Below, in pieces: positions 8,840-17,672 of a stretch of 61,354 nt of DNA (positions are counted from its first letter, which is position 1; every line of letters begins with the position of its first letter). The notes beneath the pieces were generated by a model that did not search any database, was not told the DNA's origin, and saw only the letters and a list, made by a program, of their open reading frames with translations. The DNA is from a virus (taxonomy: Duplodnaviria; Caudoviricetes): positions 1 to 61,354 of the IMG/VR virus record IMGVR_UViG_3300042545_000830; one strand, written 5' to 3'. The translations under genes were made by a program, and so were the position numbers.

Positions 8840-10293
8840 GTGTTGCAATTATAACATATAATAGACCCGACTATTATAAAAGGGTATTGGAATCGATACC
8901 TAGAAATATGATAGACTTCTTGGTTGTTGTGAATGACGGTTACGACATTTATACAAAAGATAACGATGCGGAAATTGTAATTCAAACTAACAAGCAAATG
9001 GGTGTTGCCGTTTCAAAGAACTATGCAATCAAAGTGTTGGTGGAGAAATTTAATTGCGAGCATATCTTCTTAATAGAAGATGATATCATAATAAAAAGAC
9101 CTGATGTGTTTGAAGCGTATATAAAAGCTGCTAATTCAACAGGGATTCATCATTTGTGTTATGAAAAGGTTGCAGGAAACGAAAAGTCCTTGAAATATAC
9201 ATTAGAACAACCAGATGGTGTTAAATTGGGCTTTTATCACAATCCTCAAGGTGCATTTATGTATGTAAATGCGAATATTCTTAAAAAAATAGGATATTTT
9301 GATGAAAATTATGTAAATGCGTTTGAACATATAGATTTTGCTTATTCTTTGATACAAAAAAACGTAGCTCCCCCATTTTGGTATTTTCCGGATCTGCTAA
9401 ACAGTGAAGATTATATAACCGATATAGAAGGAAGCAGTCAAAATTCATCAATAACCAATAAAGATGGATATAATCATAATTGGCAAAGATCCGCTCAATA
9501 TTTTGTAAAAAAATGGGGGAAATTTACAAACGAAATTATAGATGAAGGTATAGATAATTTAAAAAACAATATAATTTTCTTACAAACAAATTATAGCAGG
9601 AAGAAAAATGTTAATAAGAATCAAAAATTGACTATAGTAGTTCCATATAGAGACAGAAAAGTTGCATTGGATATATTAATACCCAATTTAATAGGTTATG
9701 TTGGAAAACAAGTGGAAAAATTTGAAATTTTAGTTGTAGAACAAAACGATCAACTTCCATTTAACAAAGGCAGATTGAATAACATTGGATATAAATTAAA
9801 ATCTGATGATTCGACATATGTTTGTTTCCATGATGTTGATTTAATACCAGAATTTTCGGATTATAGTTATCCACACATGCCATCACATATTAGTAGTCAT
9901 TGTAGTCAATTTGCATACATCAATATTCCAGATAAAATAATGGGAGGTGTTATAATTTTCAAGAATGAACACTATGAAAAAGTAAATGGTTTTAGTAATG
10001 ATTATATTGGATGGGGTAAGGAAGACGATGATTTATATTTAAGATGCGAAAAGGAAAATTTGTTTCCATATAAACACGCATTGGGAAGATTTTATAGCGT
10101 ACCTCATCCACTTAGATTAAAAGACGAAAACGAAAAATTGATGCACGTTAAAAACGGAGAAAAATTTAATGATTTTTTAAACGGTAACAAAGATTACAAA
10201 CAAGAGGGATTAAACAAAATATATCTAAACGATTTTTCAATTGAAGTAACCCAAAATCAATTATATCAACATTGTAAAATAAAATCAAAATAA
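8815..10293 (+). CDS. two-domain glycosyltransferase: GT2 plus GT7 (beta-1,4-galactosyltransferase-like)
   Basis: N-domain VVVNDG, HIFLIEDD, IGYFDE; C-domain VVPYRDR, FNKGRLNNIG, FHDVDLIP, VNGFSNDYIGWGKEDDD; likely start 8815. Confidence 0.88.
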   Translation: MEKISSGIGVAIITYNRPDYYKRVLESIPRNMIDFLVVVNDGYDIYTKDNDAEIVIQTNKQMGVAVSKNYAIKVLVEKFNCEHIFLIEDDIIIKRPDVFEAYIKAANSTGIHHLCYEKVAGNEKSLKYTLEQPDGVKLGFYHNPQGAFMYVNANILKKIGYFDENYVNAFEHIDFAYSLIQKNVAPPFWYFPDLLNSEDYITDIEGSSQNSSITNKDGYNHNWQRSAQYFVKKWGKFTNEIIDEGIDNLKNNIIFLQTNYSRKKNVNKNQKLTIVVPYRDRKVALDILIPNLIGYVGKQVEKFEILVVEQNDQLPFNKGRLNNIGYKLKSDDSTYVCFHDVDLIPEFSDYSYPHMPSHISSHCSQFAYINIPDKIMGGVIIFKNEHYEKVNGFSNDYIGWGKEDDDLYLRCEKENLFPYKHALGRFYSVPHPLRLKDENEKLMHVKNGEKFNDFLNGNKDYKQEGLNKIYLNDFSIEVTQNQLYQHCKIKSK

Positions 10294-11294
10294 TGAAAAA
10301 TATACTTTTTTTAGAAGAAATGTTTCATATGCAGGGTTCTACTAGAGCAATGGTGGATTATGCTCATTTCAATGAAAAATTATTAGGAAATAAATCTATT
10401 TTAGCATTTGGTCAGAGAGAAAATTTTCCTCCTTGGACAGAATCGCCATTCAAAGAGATGGCAGATAAAACGCTAGATTCTTTATCGGAACGATTCTATG
10501 TGTTTTTTTACAAAAATATAAATGATTTAGAAATTTTTATAGATAAAAACAACATACATGGGATGTATAATATTAAATCAGGAGAACCAGTTGGAGTTTT
10601 CCCAAAAAATACTAAAACACTAGTTCACTCAGTTTTTCCACAACCCATATCTAATGTACACGGACACAAATTTGCATTTGTTTCCAAATGGTTGTCTGAT
10701 GTATGCTCTGGTGGTAGAGTGCCTTTCGTTCCTCATCTGATTAATATTCCAAAAATAGATAAACAAGAGTCTAGAAAACACATAAGAAATCATTTTAATA
10801 TACCAGAAAACGCATTTGTATATGGAAGGATAGGTGGATATAACGATTTTAATTTACCTTTTGTTTATAGTGCAATATCAAACGCATTAAACACAAGAAA
10901 AGACCTATATTTTCTTTTAATTTGCACAAAACCTTTTATAAAACATGAAAGAGTTATATATGTAGATCCTATACATGATTTAAAACAAAAATATATTCAT
11001 ATAGCAGCATGTGACGCTATGATTCATGCTAGACATCATGGAGAAACGTTTGGTTTGGCTATAGCAGAGTTTTGTGCTTTGAATAAACCAATTTTAACAT
11101 GGAAACATGGACATGGGAAAGGTTATATTGATATTTTAAAAAATGATGCTATATATTATGAAGACGAAAATGATTTATTTCATCATTTTATAAATTTCAT
11201 ACCTGATACAACAAAGGATTATAATTCTTATAGAGATTATAACCCAGAGAATGTTATGAAACAATTTAATGATGTGTTTTTAAATGACGTATGA
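10293..11294 (+). CDS. GT-B fold glycosyltransferase (GT4-like)
   Basis: DAMIHARHHGETFGLAIAEF (E-x7-E type motif), GRIGG. Confidence 0.8.
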   Translation: MKNILFLEEMFHMQGSTRAMVDYAHFNEKLLGNKSILAFGQRENFPPWTESPFKEMADKTLDSLSERFYVFFYKNINDLEIFIDKNNIHGMYNIKSGEPVGVFPKNTKTLVHSVFPQPISNVHGHKFAFVSKWLSDVCSGGRVPFVPHLINIPKIDKQESRKHIRNHFNIPENAFVYGRIGGYNDFNLPFVYSAISNALNTRKDLYFLLICTKPFIKHERVIYVDPIHDLKQKYIHIAACDAMIHARHHGETFGLAIAEFCALNKPILTWKHGHGKGYIDILKNDAIYYEDENDLFHHFINFIPDTTKDYNSYRDYNPENVMKQFNDVFLNDV

Positions 11295-12142
11295 ATATTT
11301 TATATATAACAAAAGGAGATCATGTAGATTATCAAAACGATTGTTTGTTAATTGGTTTAAAAGAATTGTATGGTTCTAGCGTTGTAGACATAAACAAGCA
11401 ATTACATAATTATGAAACTTATGATACATCATTAGTTAACAGTCTTTATGGAAAGGGAATGACAGTTTCTAGGGTATTACCCGACTTAGAAGTGGATAGA
11501 ACCAATTTATCAGCAAAAATAAAAAATAATTTTTTTGATTTAATAGTGTATGGTTCTATATGGAGGTGTGATGACCATTTAGAGAAAGTTTTAGAACATT
11601 ATCCAAAAAACAAAGTAATAGCAATAGATGGAGAGGATCATGTTTTCATACATAAGTCGTATGGTTTGGGAATAAAATATTTTAAAAGAGAATTAACAGA
11701 AAAACACGAAAGACTTTATCCTATATCGTTTGCATTTCCAACAAACAAGTTAAATTTCAAAGGAACAAAAATTAAAAATTTTGCTCATATTACACCATTA
11801 GACACATCGACTTACATATACGACAAAGAAATCGATTATTATAATGATTATAACTCATCTAGATTTGGTGTTACTATGAAAAAAGGAGGTTGGGATTGTT
11901 TGAGACACTATGAAATATTGGCTAATGGATGTATTCCATATTTTATAAGTATAGAAAAGTGTCCAGATTTGACTTTGACTGATTTCCCCAAAAATTTATG
12001 CAAAGAAGTGAATGAATTATTCAAAAATGAGAAACCCGAAAAAATATTCGAAGAATATATAGAGAAATTTCAAACACATTTCATAAATAATAACACAACA
12101 CAAAAATTAGGAGAAAAATTCATATGTACCGTTACGATATAA
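11291..12142 (+). CDS. putative glycosyltransferase (exostosin/GT-B-like C-terminus)
   Basis: IDGED and KKGGWDCLRHYEILANGCIPYF motif; within GT cluster. Confidence 0.6.
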   Translation: MNILYITKGDHVDYQNDCLLIGLKELYGSSVVDINKQLHNYETYDTSLVNSLYGKGMTVSRVLPDLEVDRTNLSAKIKNNFFDLIVYGSIWRCDDHLEKVLEHYPKNKVIAIDGEDHVFIHKSYGLGIKYFKRELTEKHERLYPISFAFPTNKLNFKGTKIKNFAHITPLDTSTYIYDKEIDYYNDYNSSRFGVTMKKGGWDCLRHYEILANGCIPYFISIEKCPDLTLTDFPKNLCKEVNELFKNEKPEKIFEEYIEKFQTHFINNNTTQKLGEKFICTVTI

Positions 12143-12696
12143 TAAACAAACTGATTAAAAAATATGATTACAAGTCCTATTTGGAAATAGGAACACAATT
12201 TGGACAGTGTTTTCAACACATTGACATAGAAAATAAAATATGTGTAGATCCTGTTAAAAATTATGATAAATTAACATACGAAATAACATCAGACGATTTT
12301 TTTCAACAAAACAAAGAAAAGTTTGACATTATTTTTGTTGATGGTTTACATACAGAAGAACAATGCTTAAAAGATATTTTAAACTCTGTTAAAAATTTAA
12401 ATAAAAATGGTTCTATAATCGTACATGATTGTTTACCAAGCGATGAAAAATATACAGATATAAATTGGAACGGAACTGTTTATAGGTCTATAATAGAACT
12501 TCGTTATTGGTATTCGGATGTCGATGTAAAAGTAATTGATACGGATTGTGGATGTGGCTTTATAAGAAAAGGGAAACAAGATCCATATAATAAAGTTCCA
12601 ATTTCGTTATCAAAAACTTTTGATTATTACCATAATCATAAAAAAGAATTAATGAATGTAATAAGCGTTGATGAATTTTTAAAATGTATAGCGTAA
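12124..12696 (+). CDS. class I SAM-dependent methyltransferase (Methyltransf_24-like)
   Basis: YLEIG, CVDP, FDIIFVDGLH, IIVHD. Confidence 0.85.
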   Translation: MYRYDIINKLIKKYDYKSYLEIGTQFGQCFQHIDIENKICVDPVKNYDKLTYEITSDDFFQQNKEKFDIIFVDGLHTEEQCLKDILNSVKNLNKNGSIIVHDCLPSDEKYTDINWNGTVYRSIIELRYWYSDVDVKVIDTDCGCGFIRKGKQDPYNKVPISLSKTFDYYHNHKKELMNVISVDEFLKCIA

Positions 12697-13931
12697 TAAT
12701 ACCTACGTTGTGGCGAAGTAAAAGAATTAAAAAACTATTACAGGATTTATTATTGTGTAAATCTGTCGGTGAAGTTATTATTATCGATAATAACTCATCA
12801 GAGAGATGTATTAATGTTGATGGTCACGATAAATTAAAAATAATAGATACTGGCAAAAACGAATATGTAAATCCAAGTTGGAATTTGGGTGTTGCTAATG
12901 CTAACTGTGATTTTGTTGCATTGTGTAACGATGATATTAATTTTAATCCTAATATTTTTGAAAAATTAAAATTGAATAATAATGAATTAGTGGGAATTTC
13001 AACCTCTTGTTATGAAATAACCGAAGATTCTGAATATAAATTAGAGGAATGTAATTCTAGATGTTTTGGATTTGGTTGTTTGATGTTTTTTTCTAAAAAA
13101 AGTTATAAACCAATACCTAACAGGTTTAAAGTATGGTATGGTGATGACTATTTAATGGGTTATTTTCCAAAAAAATACCAACTTAATGGACTATCGATAA
13201 AAACAGAAATGAGTACCACCTCAAAAAGCTATGAATTTTATAAATTAATTTTACAAGATGAAGAAAAATATAAAAGATTAACTACTGGAAAAAATTTAGT
13301 AGTAATAACATCGGTAATCAATCCTTTTGATGTTTCAATTTATAATCCACAACAAAGATTGGAACAATTGATAAAAAATACTATTCCATCTTTAAAAAAG
13401 AAGATACCTAACTGTCACATAGTAATAATTGAAGGTAGTGAATTATCCAAAGAGCAAATTGATGTTGTAAAAACCAGCGGTGCTAATGAATTGTTAAACG
13501 TAAATGTAAAAAATTTTGCAAAAAGTTATGGTGAAGTATTTTTATTGTTAAATTACTTTAAAAGTCCATTTTTTCAAAAATTGATCAATGAAAATAATAT
13601 CAACACTATTAATAAAATATCGGGTAGATATTATTTGACAGATGAATATGATTTTTTGGAGCATAATTTAGATGAATGTGTTATTTTGAAAAAAGATAGT
13701 AATACATGGTCTGGTAAAGGACTTTGTGAAACTAGATATTATAGGTTTCCAACTGAGTATTTAAACCATTATGTTTCAAAACTAGAAAAAATAAGTGTTT
13801 CTGGAATATCTTTAGATATAGAACATTCGTTTTACGAAAACGAAATATTACCATTTGATAAAATTAAAAAATTAGATAGAATAAATGTACAGGGAAATGT
13901 AGCTCCCAATGGAAAATTCGTATCTGATTAA
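12684..13931 (+). CDS. GT2 glycosyltransferase fused to a second uncharacterised domain
   Basis: SVIIPT, VIIIDNNS, NPSWNLGV, LCNDD, WYGDD; second domain VVITSVIN...KISGRYYL. Confidence 0.75.
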   Translation: MYSVIIPTLWRSKRIKKLLQDLLLCKSVGEVIIIDNNSSERCINVDGHDKLKIIDTGKNEYVNPSWNLGVANANCDFVALCNDDINFNPNIFEKLKLNNNELVGISTSCYEITEDSEYKLEECNSRCFGFGCLMFFSKKSYKPIPNRFKVWYGDDYLMGYFPKKYQLNGLSIKTEMSTTSKSYEFYKLILQDEEKYKRLTTGKNLVVITSVINPFDVSIYNPQQRLEQLIKNTIPSLKKKIPNCHIVIIEGSELSKEQIDVVKTSGANELLNVNVKNFAKSYGEVFLLLNYFKSPFFQKLINENNINTINKISGRYYLTDEYDFLEHNLDECVILKKDSNTWSGKGLCETRYYRFPTEYLNHYVSKLEKISVSGISLDIEHSFYENEILPFDKIKKLDRINVQGNVAPNGKFVSD

Positions 13932-15730
13932 TGAAAAACATAAAATTTAAAACTTTAAACATTAAAAACTTTTTATCTGTAGGTGAACAAGAAATAAATT
14001 TAGATTTTAAAACTGGTATAAATTTATTAACTGGTGTAAACAAAGATAATAATACCAGAAATGGAGTAGGGAAATCATCAATAATAGAATCTATATTTTG
14101 GTGCTTGTTTGGGAGTACTATAAGGGACATCAAAAACGATAAGATCATTCACAACCAGCAAAAAAAAGGTTGTGAAGTTCATTTATCTTTTCAGATTAAT
14201 GAATCAGATAACATAGTTTCCAATTATGAAATAAAAAGATTTCTTGGTCCAAGTAAAATAGAAATCTATAAAGATGGTAAGGATGTTACATTATCAACAA
14301 TACCAGCTAATGATGAGTTTATTCAGAAGTTGATTAGAGCGACACCAGAAGTGTTTAATAATGCTGTTATAATGACAGCTAATAATACTCTTCCTTTCAT
14401 GGCTCAGAAAAAAATAGACAAAAGAAAGTTCATAGAAGGAATTTTGAACCTGAATATCTTCACCGATATGCTTTTAAAAGCCAGATCGGATTTTAACGAT
14501 ACAAAAAAAGAGAATGATATACTTTCTAACAATTTTTTAAATCAACAAAAAAATTTAGATATATTTGAAAATCAAATTTTAAAAAATAAACAAAGGAAAA
14601 AGGAAAAGATAGATGTTATAACTGCAAATATTTCTAAAATAGAAAGTGATATAAAAGTTATAGAAGATACTGAAGTATCAATTGATGATATTATCACAAA
14701 AATCAAAGAAAATGATGCAAAACTTTCCAAGTTGGATGATGCTTTATCCAAGTTGGATGATGATATATTAGATTTTTCAAAAAAACAAATAGAATACAAT
14801 ACACATATTCAAAACGAAAAAAATAAACTAAAAGATTATGATAAAAAGAAAGATTTCTGTCCAACTTGTAATAGAAAGTTTGAAAATTCGAATGTAGACA
14901 ATCATTTATGCTTAAAGGAAGAGTGTTTGAATATTATTGAACACAATGAAACATTGTTAATAGACATTAAAGATAAAATCGGAGCTAAAAATTCAAAAAA
15001 ACAAGAAATAAAACAATTTATAACAAGTATAAAAGATAAAAATAAAAAATTACAAGAAGAAAAAACATCAGCAGAATTAAAAAATCAAAAAATATTAAAC
15101 TTAAAAGAAAAAATTAAAGATTATAAAAATCAAATAATAGAAATAAACACGGAAAAAGATGATTCCGATGAACAAATAGAAAAAATTAAAGGAGATATTG
15201 ATAAACTCGAAAAGGAATTGGCAAAGGTTAAAAAGCATTTATCAATTTTAGAAGAAATCAAATTTGTATTATCGGAAGAAGGGGTAAAGACACACATTAT
15301 TAAAAAATTATTATCTCTTTTTAATCAGAAAATTAATTTTTATCTAAAAACTATGGATGCACCATGCACATGTGAATTCGATGAAACATTTGAAGAGAAA
15401 ATTGTTAATACGACAGGAAAGGAATGTTCATATTTCAACTTTAGTGGTGGAGAAAGAAAGAGAATCGATATTTCTATACTGTTTGCATTTCAAGATTTGT
15501 TAAGATTGTATTCTGGCACATCATTTTCTATAAGCATATATGATGAACTATTCGATTCTGCTATAGATGAATCGGGAATCGATAAAATAATGAATATTTT
15601 GAAGAAGAGAGTTGAAGATTATAATGAAAGCATTTACATAGTATCACATAATAAATCTTCTATTAGAAATAACTTTGATAATATACTAGAATTGGAAAAA
15701 AATGATGGAAAAACCGTTTTAAAAATTTGA
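13931..15730 (+). CDS. gp46: recombination ATPase gp46 (Rad50/SbcC-like)
   Basis: NGVGKSS Walker A, coiled coil with CPTC hook, FSGGE signature, IYDELFD Walker B, IVSH. Confidence 0.92.
   Translation: MKNIKFKTLNIKNFLSVGEQEINLDFKTGINLLTGVNKDNNTRNGVGKSSIIESIFWCLFGSTIRDIKNDKIIHNQQKKGCEVHLSFQINESDNIVSNYEIKRFLGPSKIEIYKDGKDVTLSTIPANDEFIQKLIRATPEVFNNAVIMTANNTLPFMAQKKIDKRKFIEGILNLNIFTDMLLKARSDFNDTKKENDILSNNFLNQQKNLDIFENQILKNKQRKKEKIDVITANISKIESDIKVIEDTEVSIDDIITKIKENDAKLSKLDDALSKLDDDILDFSKKQIEYNTHIQNEKNKLKDYDKKKDFCPTCNRKFENSNVDNHLCLKEECLNIIEHNETLLIDIKDKIGAKNSKKQEIKQFITSIKDKNKKLQEEKTSAELKNQKILNLKEKIKDYKNQIIEINTEKDDSDEQIEKIKGDIDKLEKELAKVKKHLSILEEIKFVLSEEGVKTHIIKKLLSLFNQKINFYLKTMDAPCTCEFDETFEEKIVNTTGKECSYFNFSGGERKRIDISILFAFQDLLRLYSGTSFSISIYDELFDSAIDESGIDKIMNILKKRVEDYNESIYIVSHNKSSIRNNFDNILELEKNDGKTVLKI
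14726..14762 (+). repeat. 21-bp-period direct repeat in gp46 coiled coil
   Basis: tccaagttggatgatg at 14726 and 14747 (LSKLDDA LSKLDDD). Confidence 0.7.
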
Positions 15731-15754
15731 CATAGCTCATATAAAATATAAATT
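15727..15754 (+). promoter_or_regulatory. sigma70-type promoter
   Basis: TTGACA-N16-TAAATT, 5 nt before ATG 15760. Confidence 0.45.
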
Positions 15755-15759
15755 ATAGT

Positions 15760-16293
15760 ATGGTATCAATACCCGATGATAAATGCTCTGGATACGGTTT
15801 AATAGATTTATTAAAACCCAAAAATCAAAAAATAACAGGAATAGAAATAGGAAGCGATAAAGGAAATACTACTAGTTTTTTATTAAAAACTTTACAAAAC
15901 TTGTTTATTTATTGTGTTGATCCTTATGAAAACTACATAGATTGGAATAGTAATCAATTATATGAAAGAGAATCGACATTTCAAAATTTTATAAATAGAA
16001 TGACTGATTATAGTGATAGATATAAATTATACAGAAATAAATCCGATGATGCTTTTAAATTTTTTGAAAAAAAATCTGTTGATTTTATTTTTATAGATGG
16101 TCTTCATACATATGAACAAGTTAAAAATGATTGTCAAAATTACTATTCAATTTTAAAGGATGGTGGTATTTTTTCTGGACATGACTATAATACAATTTTA
16201 GAAGTAAAAAATGCAGTAAATGAATTTGCAAAAAGCGTAAACAAAAAACAAATATTTTTAACTGATTTTGATGTTTGGTATTTTTATAAATAA
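15760..16293 (+). CDS. class I SAM-dependent methyltransferase (Methyltransf_24-like)
   Basis: GIEIG, CVDPY, DFIFIDGLHTYEQV, GGIFSGHDY. Confidence 0.85.
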   Translation: MVSIPDDKCSGYGLIDLLKPKNQKITGIEIGSDKGNTTSFLLKTLQNLFIYCVDPYENYIDWNSNQLYERESTFQNFINRMTDYSDRYKLYRNKSDDAFKFFEKKSVDFIFIDGLHTYEQVKNDCQNYYSILKDGGIFSGHDYNTILEVKNAVNEFAKSVNKKQIFLTDFDVWYFYK

Positions 16294-16331
16294 AAATTTG
16301 ATAATTAATATATTTGTGTTATATATAATAT

Positions 16332-17633
16332 ATGGCATTAAAATTTAAAAACGCACCAGAAAATAATAACAATGTGGTATATGAATACCAACCATTCAAA
16401 GGAGGTTTACCCGCCATGCCAATGGGAACTCCTGTTGGTATGCCCACCTACTCATATGTAGGTTATAAGCCTGTTAGAATACCTTCTGCTCCTCCTATTG
16501 AAATGCCAGAAAGCAATCTACCAAGAGCCTTGAATTACTATGCTGATTATGGTGGTTGTGGATTTTGGAGAATGATATGGCCCGAATATGTTTTAAATGG
16601 ATATCAAAAGGCTTGTATTTCTGGAATGACACAGATGATATTAGATTTGCGTTTTTATGGTTCATTAAAATCCATAAGAATGCAAAGACAGGCAACTCCT
16701 GCGCAAAACTCTTTTATAAAAGAACTGCATAAAGTTAAATCTCAAACCGGATATAGATTAATATACGAAATTGATGATATAGTATTTAAAGACGATATTC
16801 CCGATTATAATAGATGCAAAGATGCATTTGTTGATGAAAACATAGTAAAGAGTATTATGGAAATTATGGGAATGATGGATGAGATTACCGTTACCTGTAA
16901 ATACATGAAGGAATACTATATTTCTAAAACTGGAAATAAAAATGTTACAGTCATTCCCAACTATCCTCCAAAATTTTGGTTAGATAAATTCCATAATAGA
17001 GAAAGATTACAAAAAACATACGAACAAAATAAGAAAAGACCTAGAATTTTATATTCTGGATCAGGAACACACATTGATGTATTGAATAAAACAGGACTCA
17101 ATGATGATTTCAAGCATGTTACCGATGCTATCATTAAAGCCAGAAAGAAATTTAAATTTGTTTGGAAGGGTTGTTATCCATTAGTAATGAAACCATTTAT
17201 TGATAATGGTGAAATGGAATATATTGATTGGTCGCCTCTATTGGAGTATCCACAAGGATTATATGATGCTAATTGTAATGCGGTCTTTGCTTCGTTACAA
17301 GATAATGTGTTTAATAAATCCAAGAGTAACATTAAAATGATAGAATCGGGAGGATTAGGACTACCCGGTGCGTTTCAAGACTTGTGTACATACGAAGAAG
17401 CAGACTTCAAATTTAAATCCGGTGATGATTTAATAAATCAGTTAGAACATTTAACTTCTGACTTTGATCGTTACATGAAATATTCCGATAAATCTAGAAA
17501 ATTCGTAGAAGGATTGTGGTTAGAGGATCATATATTAAAATACGAAGCATTGTATTTTACTGCGTGGGGATCAAAGGAAAGAAACATACTTTGTCCAGAT
17601 TTAATAAAATTAAATCCCGATCAAAAGATATAA
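16332..17633 (+). CDS. putative GT-B fold glycosyltransferase
   Basis: GGCGFWRMIWP, YEIDD, VTVIPN, FNKSKSNIKMIE; Pro-rich N-terminal extension. Confidence 0.7.
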   Translation: MALKFKNAPENNNNVVYEYQPFKGGLPAMPMGTPVGMPTYSYVGYKPVRIPSAPPIEMPESNLPRALNYYADYGGCGFWRMIWPEYVLNGYQKACISGMTQMILDLRFYGSLKSIRMQRQATPAQNSFIKELHKVKSQTGYRLIYEIDDIVFKDDIPDYNRCKDAFVDENIVKSIMEIMGMMDEITVTCKYMKEYYISKTGNKNVTVIPNYPPKFWLDKFHNRERLQKTYEQNKKRPRILYSGSGTHIDVLNKTGLNDDFKHVTDAIIKARKKFKFVWKGCYPLVMKPFIDNGEMEYIDWSPLLEYPQGLYDANCNAVFASLQDNVFNKSKSNIKMIESGGLGLPGAFQDLCTYEEADFKFKSGDDLINQLEHLTSDFDRYMKYSDKSRKFVEGLWLEDHILKYEALYFTAWGSKERNILCPDLIKLNPDQKI

Positions 17634-17638
17634 ATTTC

Positions 17639-17666
17639 TTGATTTTTATTCCAAAAACATTAATAT
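17639..17666 (+). promoter_or_regulatory. sigma70-type promoter for DNA polymerase
   Basis: TTGATT-N16-TAATAT, 6 nt before ATG 17673. Confidence 0.45.
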
Positions 17667-17672
17667 AATCTC

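Noticed and set aside
7249-13931. Giant eukaryotic virus (NCLDV) or host contamination as source of the GT cluster
   Set aside because: Genes are translationally coupled to gp47 and gp46, share the surrounding base composition, and sit in a genome with T4-type tail and gp55
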